A program made the position numbers and the translations under genes. DNA of 64,000 nt from Escherichia coli (GTDB lineage: Bacteria; Pseudomonadota; Gammaproteobacteria; Enterobacterales; Enterobacteriaceae): the NCBI RefSeq assembly GCF_003334335.1, contig NZ_QOWQ01000004.1; one strand, written 5' to 3'. Every line of letters begins with the position of its first letter. The first letter of the stretch is position 1. Shown piece after piece: positions 53,511-64,000 of this stretch. Under the pieces are notes generated by a model. The model did no database searches, was not told where the DNA came from, and saw nothing but the letters and a program-made list of their open reading frames with translations.

Positions 53511-53929
53511 TTGTGATTTCCCGACATGTTGCTATTCCCGATGGTGAGCTTGAGATCACCGCCATTCGTGCGCAGGGCGCGGGCGGGCAGCATGTTAATA
53601 AGACCTCAACGGCTATTCATCTGCGTTTTGACATTCGGGCGTCCAGCCTGCCAGAGTATTACAAAGAGCGTCTGCTCGCCGCCAGCCATCATTTGATCAG
53701 CAGTGATGGCGTGATTGTCATTAAGGCACAGGAATACCGCAGTCAGGAACTGAACCGCGAAGCAGCTCTGGCCCGGCTGGTGGCTATGATTAAAGAATTA
53801 ACAACAGAAAAAAAAGCCCGACGACCCACGCGGCCCACCCGTGCATCGAAAGAGCGCAGGCTGGCATCGAAAGCACAAAAATCAAGCGTGAAGGCGATGC
53901 GCGGCAAAGTGCGCAGCGGTCGGGAATAA
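53507..53929 (+). CDS. arfB: Peptidyl-tRNA hydrolase ArfB (alternative ribosome-rescue factor B, YaeJ)
   Basis: 140-aa ORF with release-factor GGQ motif ([12 protein letters not shown]) and basic C-terminal tail; ATGA overlap with the yaeQ stop. Confidence 0.92.
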
Positions 53930-53942
53930 AAAGAAGGAATGG

Positions 53943-54653
53943 ATGGTGAAAAAAGCGATAGTGACAGCGATGGCTGTAATCAGCCTCTTTACTCTGATGG
54001 GATGTAATAATCGGGCCGAAGTCGATACGCTTTCTCCGGCGCAGGCTGCCGAACTGAAACCGATGCCGCAAAGTTGGCGCGGCGTGCTGCCGTGTGCCGA
54101 TTGCGAAGGAATCGAAACCTCTCTGTTCCTCGAAAAAGACGGAACATGGGTGATGAATGAGCGTTATCTCGGTGCTCGTGAAGAACCTTCCTCCTTCGCT
54201 TCCTACGGTACATGGGCGCGAACCGCTGACAAGCTGGTATTAACCGACAGCAAAGGTGAAAAGTCATATTATCGGGCGAAAGGCGATGCGCTGGAGATGC
54301 TCGATCGTGAAGGCAATCCGATTGAATCGCAGTTCAACTATACGCTGGAAGCGGCACAATCCAGTTTACCTATGACGCCGATGACCCTGCGGGGCATGTA
54401 TTTTTATATGGCTGATGCGGCGACCTTCACTGATTGCGCGACCGGAAAACGTTTCATGGTAGCGAATAACGCAGAGCTGGAGCGTAGCTACCTGGCTGCG
54501 CGCGGTCACAGTGAAAAACCGGTGTTACTGTCAGTAGAAGGTCACTTTACGCTTGAGGGTAATCCGGATACCGGTGCGCCGACTAAAGTATTGGCACCCG
54601 ATACGGCAGGGAAATTTTACCCCAACCAGGATTGCAGTAGTTTGGGGCAGTAA
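53943..54653 (+). CDS. nlpE: Outer-membrane lipoprotein NlpE (CutF), Cpx-pathway surface sensor
   Basis: 236-aa ORF with lipobox LMGC and CxxC motif (PCADCEG). Confidence 0.92.
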   Translation: MVKKAIVTAMAVISLFTLMGCNNRAEVDTLSPAQAAELKPMPQSWRGVLPCADCEGIETSLFLEKDGTWVMNERYLGAREEPSSFASYGTWARTADKLVLTDSKGEKSYYRAKGDALEMLDREGNPIESQFNYTLEAAQSSLPMTPMTLRGMYFYMADAATFTDCATGKRFMVANNAELERSYLAARGHSEKPVLLSVEGHFTLEGNPDTGAPTKVLAPDTAGKFYPNQDCSSLGQ

Positions 54654-54728
54654 CCCGTCTTGAGACAGAAACAAACGCAAAACAGGCCAGAAGGATATAT
54701 TTCAACATTTTGAATTTGCACGTTTTTT

Positions 54729-54848
<120 letters not shown>

Positions 54849-54852
54849 TTTA

Positions 54853-55677
54853 TCACCGGGTCAAACCAACAAAGCGACCCGCCTTGATATAAATCCCAGG
54901 CTTCAGGTGCCCAACATACTGTAACTGCGTTTCTGGCTTAAACGCAGAGACATCACCAATACGCATATGCATCAGATCGGCAGGGCTAATCCAGCCCGAT
55001 TGCGCCAGTGTAAGTGGATGCCCGGCTTTGGCAAAGGCATCCGTGACAAATTCCGAACAAAACCACGACTTTTTGTCTCCTTCGCCCACACTGCTTAACT
55101 GCGCTTTCGCCAGGCCGCTGACGCACTGTTGGCGAAAATCCTCGGAGAACGGATTCAGTGAGCACATCTGGCGAGTCACCATAAAGGGAATAAATTCGAC
55201 AATGCCGCGATAGTTATAACCGCTATCTTTGATTTTATTGGCAAACGCGGTGATATCTGTGGCTTGTTGCGGGGTAAGATCCGGGACTCGTAAGACGAAA
55301 AGCTTATCACTATGCTTCATCGCTTTTTTAAGGGAAACGATCTGGACGCCAGCGCCTGTCGCTTCTGCAACGTTATTATCACCCAGAAAGATTGCAACGT
55401 GACTCACAGAGGAAGTGCTGAAGACGCGGATTCCAAATGAGGTTACCCCAAGGCTTGAGGAGAACAGCAAATCGCCGGGTTTGAGATCAGGTGCCGTTAT
55501 TTCTTTTATTGATTGTTCGGTGAAAGAGCTTTGATGCTGGAATTTGACAGCCCATGTTTTTGCCTCGGCATCTACTGCTGTGGCTGATGGGTCTGGCTGG
55601 CTGATATCAACGGTACAAGCCGAAAGTAAAAGAAAGCTGGGGAGAAACAGGCGGCAGTACGCCTTTGGTTTATCCAT
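54853..55677 (-). CDS. yaeF: Putative NlpC/P60-family lipoprotein YaeF
   Basis: ORF 54853..55731 trimmed to ATG 55677 (MDKPKAYCRLFLPSFLLLSACTVD...), 274 aa; lipobox LLSAC; family assignment from memory. Confidence 0.82.
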   Translation of the reverse strand: MDKPKAYCRLFLPSFLLLSACTVDISQPDPSATAVDAEAKTWAVKFQHQSSFTEQSIKEITAPDLKPGDLLFSSSLGVTSFGIRVFSTSSVSHVAIFLGDNNVAEATGAGVQIVSLKKAMKHSDKLFVLRVPDLTPQQATDITAFANKIKDSGYNYRGIVEFIPFMVTRQMCSLNPFSEDFRQQCVSGLAKAQLSSVGEGDKKSWFCSEFVTDAFAKAGHPLTLAQSGWISPADLMHMRIGDVSAFKPETQLQYVGHLKPGIYIKAGRFVGLTR

Positions 55678-55730
55678 TTTATACAATCCATGTAAAAAAA
55701 GGGCCCTGAAATTCAGGACCCTTTCTGGCA

Positions 55731-57449
55731 TCAGCCTTTAATCTGTTTCACCAGATATTCGACGATGTCACCAGTCTTAATTAACTGTTTCTCGCCGTTG
55801 CGACGATATTTATATTCGATATCGTCGTTGTCGAGGTTACGGTCGCCCAGCACAATAGTGTGCGGAATACCGATCAGTTCCATATCAGCAAACATCACGC
55901 CCGGACGCTCTTTGCGGTCATCCAGCAGCACTTCGATACCTTGTGCACGCAGTTCGCTGTACAGTTTCTCAGCAAGCTCTTGTACGCGGAAGGATTTGTG
56001 CATGTTCATCGGCAGAATCGCCACCTGGAACGGCGCGATAGCGTCAGGCCATACGATGCCTCGTTCGTCGTAGTTCTGCTCAATCGCCGCAGCTACCACA
56101 CGCGTTACCCCGATACCGTAGCAACCCATCGTCAGGATTTGGTTACGGCCATCTTCACCCTGTACGGAGGCTTTCAGTGCTTCGGAGTACTTGGTACCCA
56201 GCTGGAAGATGTGACCAACTTCGATACCACGTTTGATCAGCAGCGTACCCTGGCCATCCGGGCTTGGATCGCCAGCCACCACGTTACGGATATCTGCAAC
56301 TTCCGGGGTAGCGACATCGCGATCCCAGTTGATGCCGAAGTAGTGTTTACCATCGATGTTAGCACCAGCAGCGAAATCACTCATCGCCGCAACGGTACGG
56401 TCAATCACCACCGGAATCGGCATGTTTACCGGACCCAGTGAACCCGGACCGGCTTTAACCACGGCACGAATTTCTTCTTCGGTCGCGAAAGTCAGCGGGC
56501 TTGCAACCTGCGGCAGTTTTTCTGCTTTAACTTCGTTCAGCTCGTGATCACCGCGCACCAGCAGCGCAACCAGCGGGAAGCTGCTGCCTTCAACCGCTTT
56601 AACCAGCAGAGTCTTAACCGTTTTCTCAATCGGCAGATTGAACTGTTCAACCAGTTCCGCGATGGTTTTCGCGTTCGGCGTATCAACCAGCGTCATTTCC
56701 TGGGTAGCAGCAGCGCGCGGTTCTTTCGGCGCGATAGCTTCTGCCAGTTCAATGTTCGCTGCATAGTCAGAGGTGTCGGAGAAGACCACATCGTCTTCAC
56801 CGCTCTGCGCCAGCACCTGGAATTCGTGAGAGGCGCTGCCGCCGATAGAACCGGTGTCGGCTTGTACGGCGCGGAAATCCAGCCCCATGCGGCTGAAGAT
56901 TTTGCTGTAGGCCGCATACATTGCATCGTAGGTTTCCTGCAGGGATTCCTGAGAAGTATGGAAAGAGTAAGCATCTTTCATCAGGAATTCGCGGGAACGC
57001 ATGACGCCGAAACGCGGACGCACTTCGTCGCGGAACTTGGTCTGGATCTGATAGAAGTTCAGCGGCAGCTGTTTGTAAGAGCTAAGCTCGTTACGAATCA
57101 GGTCAGTGATAACTTCTTCATGAGTTGGGCCGAGTACGAACGGACGCTCGCCACGGTCAACAAAACGCAGCAGTTCCGGACCGTACTGTTCCCAACGACC
57201 ACTCTCTTGCCACAAATCGGCTGGCTGAACCACCGGCATCGACACCTCGATCGCACCGGCGTTGTTCATCTCTTCACGCACGATGTTTTCGACTTTTTTC
57301 AGAACGCGCACGCCGGTCGGCAGCCAGGTATATAACCCGGAGGCCAGCTTGCGGATCATCCCGGCGCGCAGCATCAGCTGATGGCTGATCACCTCGGCGT
57401 CGGCAGGTGTCTCCTTGAGAGTGGAGAGCAGGTATTGGCTAGTACGCAT
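55731..57449 (-). CDS. proS: Proline--tRNA ligase
   Basis: ORF 55731..57503 trimmed to ATG 57449 ([20 protein letters not shown]...), 572 aa. Confidence 0.95.
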
Positions 57450-57560
57450 GTTGTTACGGTTCCAGTTGGAAGGTAGAACAGGCTCAAGGCGAGCCTGGGA
57501 CAAAAAAAAGTGATTTAGTTTACCAGTGCAAAAGAAATGTCAAAAGAGAAGGGCGTGAAT

Positions 57561-58268
57561 TTAACGCGGTTCCAGCGCAAAGACTTCAAAACCTGCGTCG
57601 GTGACGCGCCAGCGAACGTTAAAATCATGTAGCCAGACGGCATAGGTTTTGCCCGTTTCCTCACCTTTACGATAGGCCGGGCGCGGGTCCTGCGCCAGTA
57701 CTTCGCGGATAAACAGCGTTAACTGCGGATAACGCTTCTCCAGCGTCAAAAGCTGCTTTTCGACCTCTGCGGTAAAACTCACCGCCATCTCTGCAGCTGG
57801 CGCACTTTGCGCATAGCTGGCACTGGCATCGGGAAGCGATTCGGCAAAGGGGAGATACGGTTTGATATCCACTACCGGCGTACCATCGACCAGATCCAGA
57901 CTGCCGAGCTTCAGAATCACGCTGTCTTTATGGCAAACAACCTCTTTCAGCTCTACCAGCGACATGCCAATTGGGTTAGGGCGGAAAGTAGAGCGTGTTG
58001 CGAAAACCCCCATTCTGGCGTTACCGCCGAGGCGCGGTGGACGCACAGTCGGACGCCAGCCGCCTTCCATCGTTTGATGAAAGACGAAAAGGATCCATAA
58101 ATGGCTGAACGCTTCCAGGCCGCGAACGGCGTCGGCCTGGTTGTAGGGAGCAATGAGATGCAGTTCGCCGTTGGCGCTTTTTACCAGACCTGGCTGGCGC
58201 GGAACGGCGAACTTTTCTTTATAGGGCGAGCGAATAACGCCTATTTGCTCGAACTGGAAACTGCTCAT
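57561..58268 (-). CDS. tsaA: tRNA (adenine37-N6)-methyltransferase TsaA (YaeB)
   Basis: 235-aa ORF MSSFQFEQIGVIRSPYKEKFAVPRQPG... Confidence 0.9.
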   Translation of the reverse strand: MSSFQFEQIGVIRSPYKEKFAVPRQPGLVKSANGELHLIAPYNQADAVRGLEAFSHLWILFVFHQTMEGGWRPTVRPPRLGGNARMGVFATRSTFRPNPIGMSLVELKEVVCHKDSVILKLGSLDLVDGTPVVDIKPYLPFAESLPDASASYAQSAPAAEMAVSFTAEVEKQLLTLEKRYPQLTLFIREVLAQDPRPAYRKGEETGKTYAVWLHDFNVRWRVTDAGFEVFALEPR

Positions 58269-58669
58269 TTCGCCGTAATGTTAAGCGCAGAACCGATACA
58301 TACAGCCTGACGATAGCAGCCTGGCGTACCGCTGGTGACTTCGCAGCTATGCAGTAATACAGCATTGGCTTTCATTTTAGAGGCGTTGATTTGCATCCGC
58401 TTACGTGCGGTTGGAATGCTCGGCGGAGAGTCCTGATTAGAGGCCTGGCAAGAGTCGCCACTGACTTCACCGAGATCGCGGAACGGTTTGCCGACTAATT
58501 CTTCTGCATTGGTATAAATTCGGACCGGCGTGGCGCGCGGCGCTTTCGGTTTTGCAGGCTCCGCTTTCGGCTGGGGTGCAGTGCTTTGAACGGGTTCGAC
58601 AGGGGATCTGCTTAACATGGAACAGCCGCTTAGCATGAGTGCTACTAAACAGATCGGTAAAGCACGCAT
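58265..58669 (-). CDS. rcsF: Outer-membrane lipoprotein RcsF (Rcs phosphorelay sensor)
   Basis: 134-aa ORF with lipobox LSGC; its stop overlaps the tsaA start (ATGA). Confidence 0.93.
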   Translation of the reverse strand: MRALPICLVALMLSGCSMLSRSPVEPVQSTAPQPKAEPAKPKAPRATPVRIYTNAEELVGKPFRDLGEVSGDSCQASNQDSPPSIPTARKRMQINASKMKANAVLLHSCEVTSGTPGCYRQAVCIGSALNITAK

Positions 58670-58719
58670 AGTATTTCCTCAATGTATGATCAAAACGTCA
58701 ATATTGAATCAGGAGCTTG

Positions 58720-58749
58720 TAAAAATGACAAGACGGGCAAGCGCCCGTC
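58720..58749 (-). terminator. Rho-independent terminator of the metNIQ operon
   Basis: Stem gacgggc/gcccgtc; on the minus strand it is followed by ttgtcattttta. Confidence 0.6.
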
Positions 58750-58786
58750 CTGAATGATATTACAAATTGTGGAAACAGCCTAAAAA

Positions 58787-59602
58787 TTACCAGCCTTTAA
58801 CAGCTCCGCCGTTAAACACTTTGTTTGCTGCTTCGTAAACTTCGTCAGACTGATAAGCCTGGACGAATTTCTTCACGTTCTCGGCGTCTTTGTTATCTTC
58901 ACGCGTCACGATCAGGTTTACGTACGGGGACTCTTTATCTTCAACAAAGATACCGTCTTTCGCCGGAGTCAGGCCAATCTGGCTGGCATAGGTGGTATTG
59001 ATAACTGCCAGAGCGATTTGCGCGTCGTCCAGAGAACGCGGCAGTTGCGGTGCTTCCAGTTCAACAATTTTCAGATTTTTGGGGTTCTCAACAACATCAA
59101 GAACGGTCGGCAGCAGGCCAACGCCATCTTTCAGTTTGATCAAGCCCACTTTTTGCAGCAGCAGCAGTGAACGACCAAGGTTAGTTGGGTCGTTTGGCAC
59201 GGCAACCTGCGAACCATCCTGCAGTTCATCCAGTGATTTGATTTTCTTGGAGTAACCAGCAATCGGATAAACAAAAGTGTTGCCTACTGCGACCAGTTTG
59301 TAGCCACGATCTTTCAGTTGCTGATCAAGGTACGGTTTATGCTGGAAGGCGTTGGCGTCGATATCGCCTTTGCTCAATGCTTCGTTTGGCAGAACATAGT
59401 CGTTGAAGGTTACCAGCTCAACGTCCAGGCCATATTTGTCTTTCGCAACTTTCTGCGCGACTTCTGCAACCTGCTGTTCGGCACCAACAATCACGCCGAC
59501 TTTAATGTGGTTTGGATCTTTTTCATCCTGACCGCAGCCTACCAGTGCCAGTGATCCGATCAGGGCTCCCACTGCCGCAAAGGTTTTGAATTTGAACGCC
59601 AT
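58787..59602 (-). CDS. metQ: D-methionine-binding lipoprotein MetQ
   Basis: 271-aa ORF with lipobox LVGC. Confidence 0.94.
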   Translation of the reverse strand: MAFKFKTFAAVGALIGSLALVGCGQDEKDPNHIKVGVIVGAEQQVAEVAQKVAKDKYGLDVELVTFNDYVLPNEALSKGDIDANAFQHKPYLDQQLKDRGYKLVAVGNTFVYPIAGYSKKIKSLDELQDGSQVAVPNDPTNLGRSLLLLQKVGLIKLKDGVGLLPTVLDVVENPKNLKIVELEAPQLPRSLDDAQIALAVINTTYASQIGLTPAKDGIFVEDKESPYVNLIVTREDNKDAENVKKFVQAYQSDEVYEAANKVFNGGAVKGW

Positions 59603-59641
59603 ACCTTATTCCTTCTTCAATTATTTATGTTGTGTTGAACG

Positions 59642-60295
59642 TTACTTGCGAGTGACAGCCCGGACGATGCGGTCGCCTGCGAACTGAATTAAATAAACCA
59701 GAATGACCAGCAATACCAGTACCGTATTCATCACCGTCGCGTTATAGCCGATGTAGCCATACTGATAGCCAATCTGACCTAAACCACCGGCACCGACTGC
59801 ACCACCCATCGCGGAATAACCGACCAGGGTAATCAGGGTGATAGTTGCCGCATTCACCAGACCCGGCAGCGCTTCCGGTAACAGCACCTTACGGACGATC
59901 TGCATCGGCGTGGCACCCATTGCGCGGGAAGCTTCAATTAACCCGGTTGGGATCTCCAGCAGAGCGTTCTCGACCATACGGGCAATAAACGGTGCTGCAC
60001 CAACGGTTAACGGAACAATCGCTGCCTGCAAACCAATCGATGTACCGACAATAACGCGGGTAAACGGAATCATCCATACAAGCAAGATAATGAACGGGAT
60101 GGAACGGAAAATGTTCACAATCGCAGAAACGGTACGATACAGCTTCGCGTTAGCAATAATTTGCCCCGGACGCGTGACATAAAGCAGAACGCCAACCGGC
60201 AGACCAATCACAAAGCCAAAAAAACCGGATACGAAGGTCATTGCCAGCGTTTCCCATACGCCACGAACCAGCAGCCACATCATCGGCTCAGACAT
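59642..60295 (-). CDS. metI: D-methionine ABC transporter permease MetI
   Basis: 217-aa hydrophobic ORF. Confidence 0.94.
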   Translation of the reverse strand: MSEPMMWLLVRGVWETLAMTFVSGFFGFVIGLPVGVLLYVTRPGQIIANAKLYRTVSAIVNIFRSIPFIILLVWMIPFTRVIVGTSIGLQAAIVPLTVGAAPFIARMVENALLEIPTGLIEASRAMGATPMQIVRKVLLPEALPGLVNAATITLITLVGYSAMGGAVGAGGLGQIGYQYGYIGYNATVMNTVLVLLVILVYLIQFAGDRIVRAVTRK

Positions 60296-61319
60296 AACCC
60301 AGTACCTCTACTTTTACATGGTGTTCCTGCAGCCAGGCAATGGCGGCTTGCGTATCTTGTTGTGTGCCGTGCATTTCAGTCAGCATGATGCCGAACTTAA
60401 CGCCACCGGCGTAATCCATCTGCGCGCTAATAATGTTGTTGTTGACGTTGAAACGACGCGCGGTTTCAGAAAGCAGTGGGGCATCGACCGATTGACCGGT
60501 AAACTCCAGACGCAGCATCGGCACGCAGTCAGTAAATGGCTCCGCTTGCAGACGTTCCTGGTAATCTTCCGGGATATCCAGATGCAGGGTCGACTGAATA
60601 AACTTCTGCGCCAGCGGCGTTTTCGGATGCGAGAACACTTCACTTACCGTGTCCTGCTCGATCAGTTCTCCATTGCTGATGACCGCCACGCAATCACAAA
60701 TGCGCTTCACAACGTCCATTTCGTGGGTGATCAACAGAATCGTCAACCCCAGACGGCGGTTGATGTCTTTCAGCAGTTCGAGAATAGAACGTGTCGTTGC
60801 CGGGTCCAGCGCGCTGGTGGCTTCATCACACAGCAATACTTTGGGATTGCTGGCTAACGCACGGGCAATTGCCACACGTTGTTTCTGCCCACCGGAAAGA
60901 TTCGACGGGTAGCTATCATGCTTATCGCCAAGACCAACCAATGACAGCAATTCCGTCACGCGACGTTTGACCTCGTCTTTCGGTGTGTTGTCCAGCTCCA
61001 GCGGCAGAGCCACGTTGCCAAAAACAGTACGCGAAGAGAGCAGGTTAAAATGCTGGAAAATCATACCAATCTGGCGGCGAGCTTTGGTCAACTCGGATTC
61101 TGACAGCGTGGTCAGTTCCTGGCCATCGACCAGCACGCTACCCTCGGTTGGGCGCTCCAGCAGGTTTACACAACGTATAAGCGTACTCTTACCCGCGCCT
61201 GAGGCACCGATAACGCCATAAATTTGTCCAGCTGGCACATGCAGGCTGACGTTGTTCAACGCCTGGATGGTGCGGGTGCCCTGGTGGAACACTTTGGTGA
61301 TATTCGAAAGTTTTATCAT
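60288..61319 (-). CDS. metN: Methionine import ATP-binding protein MetN
   Basis: 343-aa ORF with Walker [10 protein letters not shown] and signature LSGGQKQR; its stop overlaps the metI start by 8 nt. Confidence 0.95.
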   Translation of the reverse strand: MIKLSNITKVFHQGTRTIQALNNVSLHVPAGQIYGVIGASGAGKSTLIRCVNLLERPTEGSVLVDGQELTTLSESELTKARRQIGMIFQHFNLLSSRTVFGNVALPLELDNTPKDEVKRRVTELLSLVGLGDKHDSYPSNLSGGQKQRVAIARALASNPKVLLCDEATSALDPATTRSILELLKDINRRLGLTILLITHEMDVVKRICDCVAVISNGELIEQDTVSEVFSHPKTPLAQKFIQSTLHLDIPEDYQERLQAEPFTDCVPMLRLEFTGQSVDAPLLSETARRFNVNNNIISAQMDYAGGVKFGIMLTEMHGTQQDTQAAIAWLQEHHVKVEVLGYV

Positions 61320-61401
61320 TGATTATTTATTATCGTCATTAAGTTAGTCGTGGCATCTCGAATGCCTGAAACGGGCAACGCCGTCAATGAAATGGATGTT
61401 A

Positions 61402-61425
61402 AGGCATCCAGACGTCTAAATCAAT
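61402..61425. promoter_or_regulatory. MetJ operator (met box) in the metN promoter region
   Basis: Perfect AGACGTCT at 61410-61417 flanked by degenerate 8-mers, about 90 nt upstream of the metN start. Confidence 0.6.
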
Positions 61426-61506
61426 CAGGTTTATGCGAAGAGCACTTTCTTGCAGGTCGAAACATGCGATACTAGCGTCACATGCCTTATTAAGGAGCTA
61501 TAAAAG

Positions 61507-62082
61507 GTGGCGAAGAGCGTACCCGCAATTTTTCTTGACCGTGATGGCACCATTAATGTCGATCACGGCTATGTCCATGAGATCGACAACTTTGAATTTA
61601 TCGACGGTGTTATTGACGCCATGCGCGAGCTAAAAAAAATGGGCTTTGCGCTGGTGGTAGTAACCAACCAGTCTGGCATTGCTCGCGGTAAATTTACCGA
61701 AGCACAGTTTGAAACGCTGACCGAGTGGATGGACTGGTCGCTGGCGGACCGAGATGTCGATCTGGATGGTATCTATTATTGCCCGCATCATCCGCAGGGT
61801 AGTGTTGAAGAGTTTCGCCAGGTCTGCGATTGCCGCAAACCACATCCGGGGATGCTTTTGTCAGCACGCGATTATTTGCATATTGATATGGCCGCTTCTT
61901 ATATGGTGGGCGATAAATTAGAAGATATGCAGGCAGCGGTTGCGGCGAACGTGGGAACAAAAGTGCTGGTGCGTACGGGTAAACCTATTACGCCTGAAGC
62001 AGAAAACGCGGCGGATTGGGTGTTAAATAGCCTGGCAGACCTGCCGCAAGCGATAAAAAAGCAGCAAAAACCGGCACAATGA
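61507..62082 (+). CDS. gmhB: D-glycero-beta-D-manno-heptose-1,7-bisphosphate 7-phosphatase
   Basis: 191-aa ORF with GTG start and HAD motif FLDRDGT. Confidence 0.93.
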
Positions 62083-62100
62083 TTAAAAGATGAGCGGTTG

Positions 62101-62160
62101 AAATAAAAATGCATTTTTCCGCTTGTCTTCCTGAGCCGACTCCCTATAATGCGCCTCCAT
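62101..62160 (+). promoter_or_regulatory. rrnH P1 promoter with AT-rich UP element
   Basis: UP element aaataaaaatgcattttt; -35 ttgtct (62123-62128), 16-bp spacer, -10 tataat (62145-62150), GC-rich discriminator gcgcctcc. Confidence 0.8.
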
Positions 62161-62232
62161 CGACACGGCGGATGTGAATCACTTCACACAAACAGCCGGT
62201 TCGGTTGAAGAGAAAAATCCTGAAATTCAGGG

Positions 62233-62260
62233 TTGACTCTGAAAGAGGAAAGCGTAATAT
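62233..62260 (+). promoter_or_regulatory. rrnH P2 promoter
   Basis: -35 ttgact (62233-62238), 16-bp spacer, -10 taatat (62255-62260). Confidence 0.75.
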
Positions 62261-62300
62261 ACGCCACCTCGCGACAGTGAGCTGAAAGCCGCGTCGCAAC

Positions 62301-62313
62301 TGCTCTTTAACAA
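62301..62313 (+). promoter_or_regulatory. rrn leader boxA antitermination element
   Basis: tgctctttaacaa matches the boxA consensus. Confidence 0.8.
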
Positions 62314-62444
62314 TTTATCAGACAATCTGTGTGGGCACTCGAAGATACGGATTCTTAACGTCGCAAGACGAAAAATGAATACCAAGTCTCAAGAGTGAAC
62401 ACGTAATTCATTACGAAGTTTAATTCTTTGAGCATCAAACTTTT

Positions 62445-63986
<1,542 letters not shown>

Positions 63987-64000
63987 CCTTAAAGAAGCGT

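Overview
This window is ordinary, well-studied core chromosome, not an accessory region, and I found no novel system in it. It reads as a contiguous stretch of Escherichia coli K-12-type chromosome (roughly the 3.5-5 min region; identification is from recognising the translated proteins and repeat families by eye, not from an alignment). Gene order is uninterrupted and canonical: sfsA (5' end only), thpR, hrpB, mrcB, fhuACDB, hemL, clcA, erpA, yadS, btuF-mtn, dgt, degP, cdaR, yaeH, yaeI, dapD, glnD, map, rpsB-tsf, pyrH, frr, dxr, the envelope/lipid A/replication cluster uppS-cdsA-rseP-bamA-skp-lpxD-fabZ-lpxA-lpxB-rnhB-dnaE-accA, ldcC, yaeR, tilS, rof-yaeP, yaeQ-arfB-nlpE, yaeF, proS, tsaA-rcsF, metNIQ, gmhB, then the rrnH promoters and a complete 16S rRNA to the window edge. 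All 53 complete protein genes have the lengths I expect, with no frameshifts, and there are no integrase, transposase, phage, CRISPR, toxin-antitoxin or defence genes. Non-coding content is the usual E. coli repertoire: an ERIC element, a BoxC-like repeat, three REP/BIME clusters, rho-independent terminators, a Fur box, the degP sigma-E promoter, a MetJ box and the rrn P1/P2/boxA signals. The findings below are modest: regulatory and repeat architecture, several poorly characterised y-genes, and a few intergenic stretches worth a second look. Long antisense ORFs in the six-frame track are recorded as rejected.
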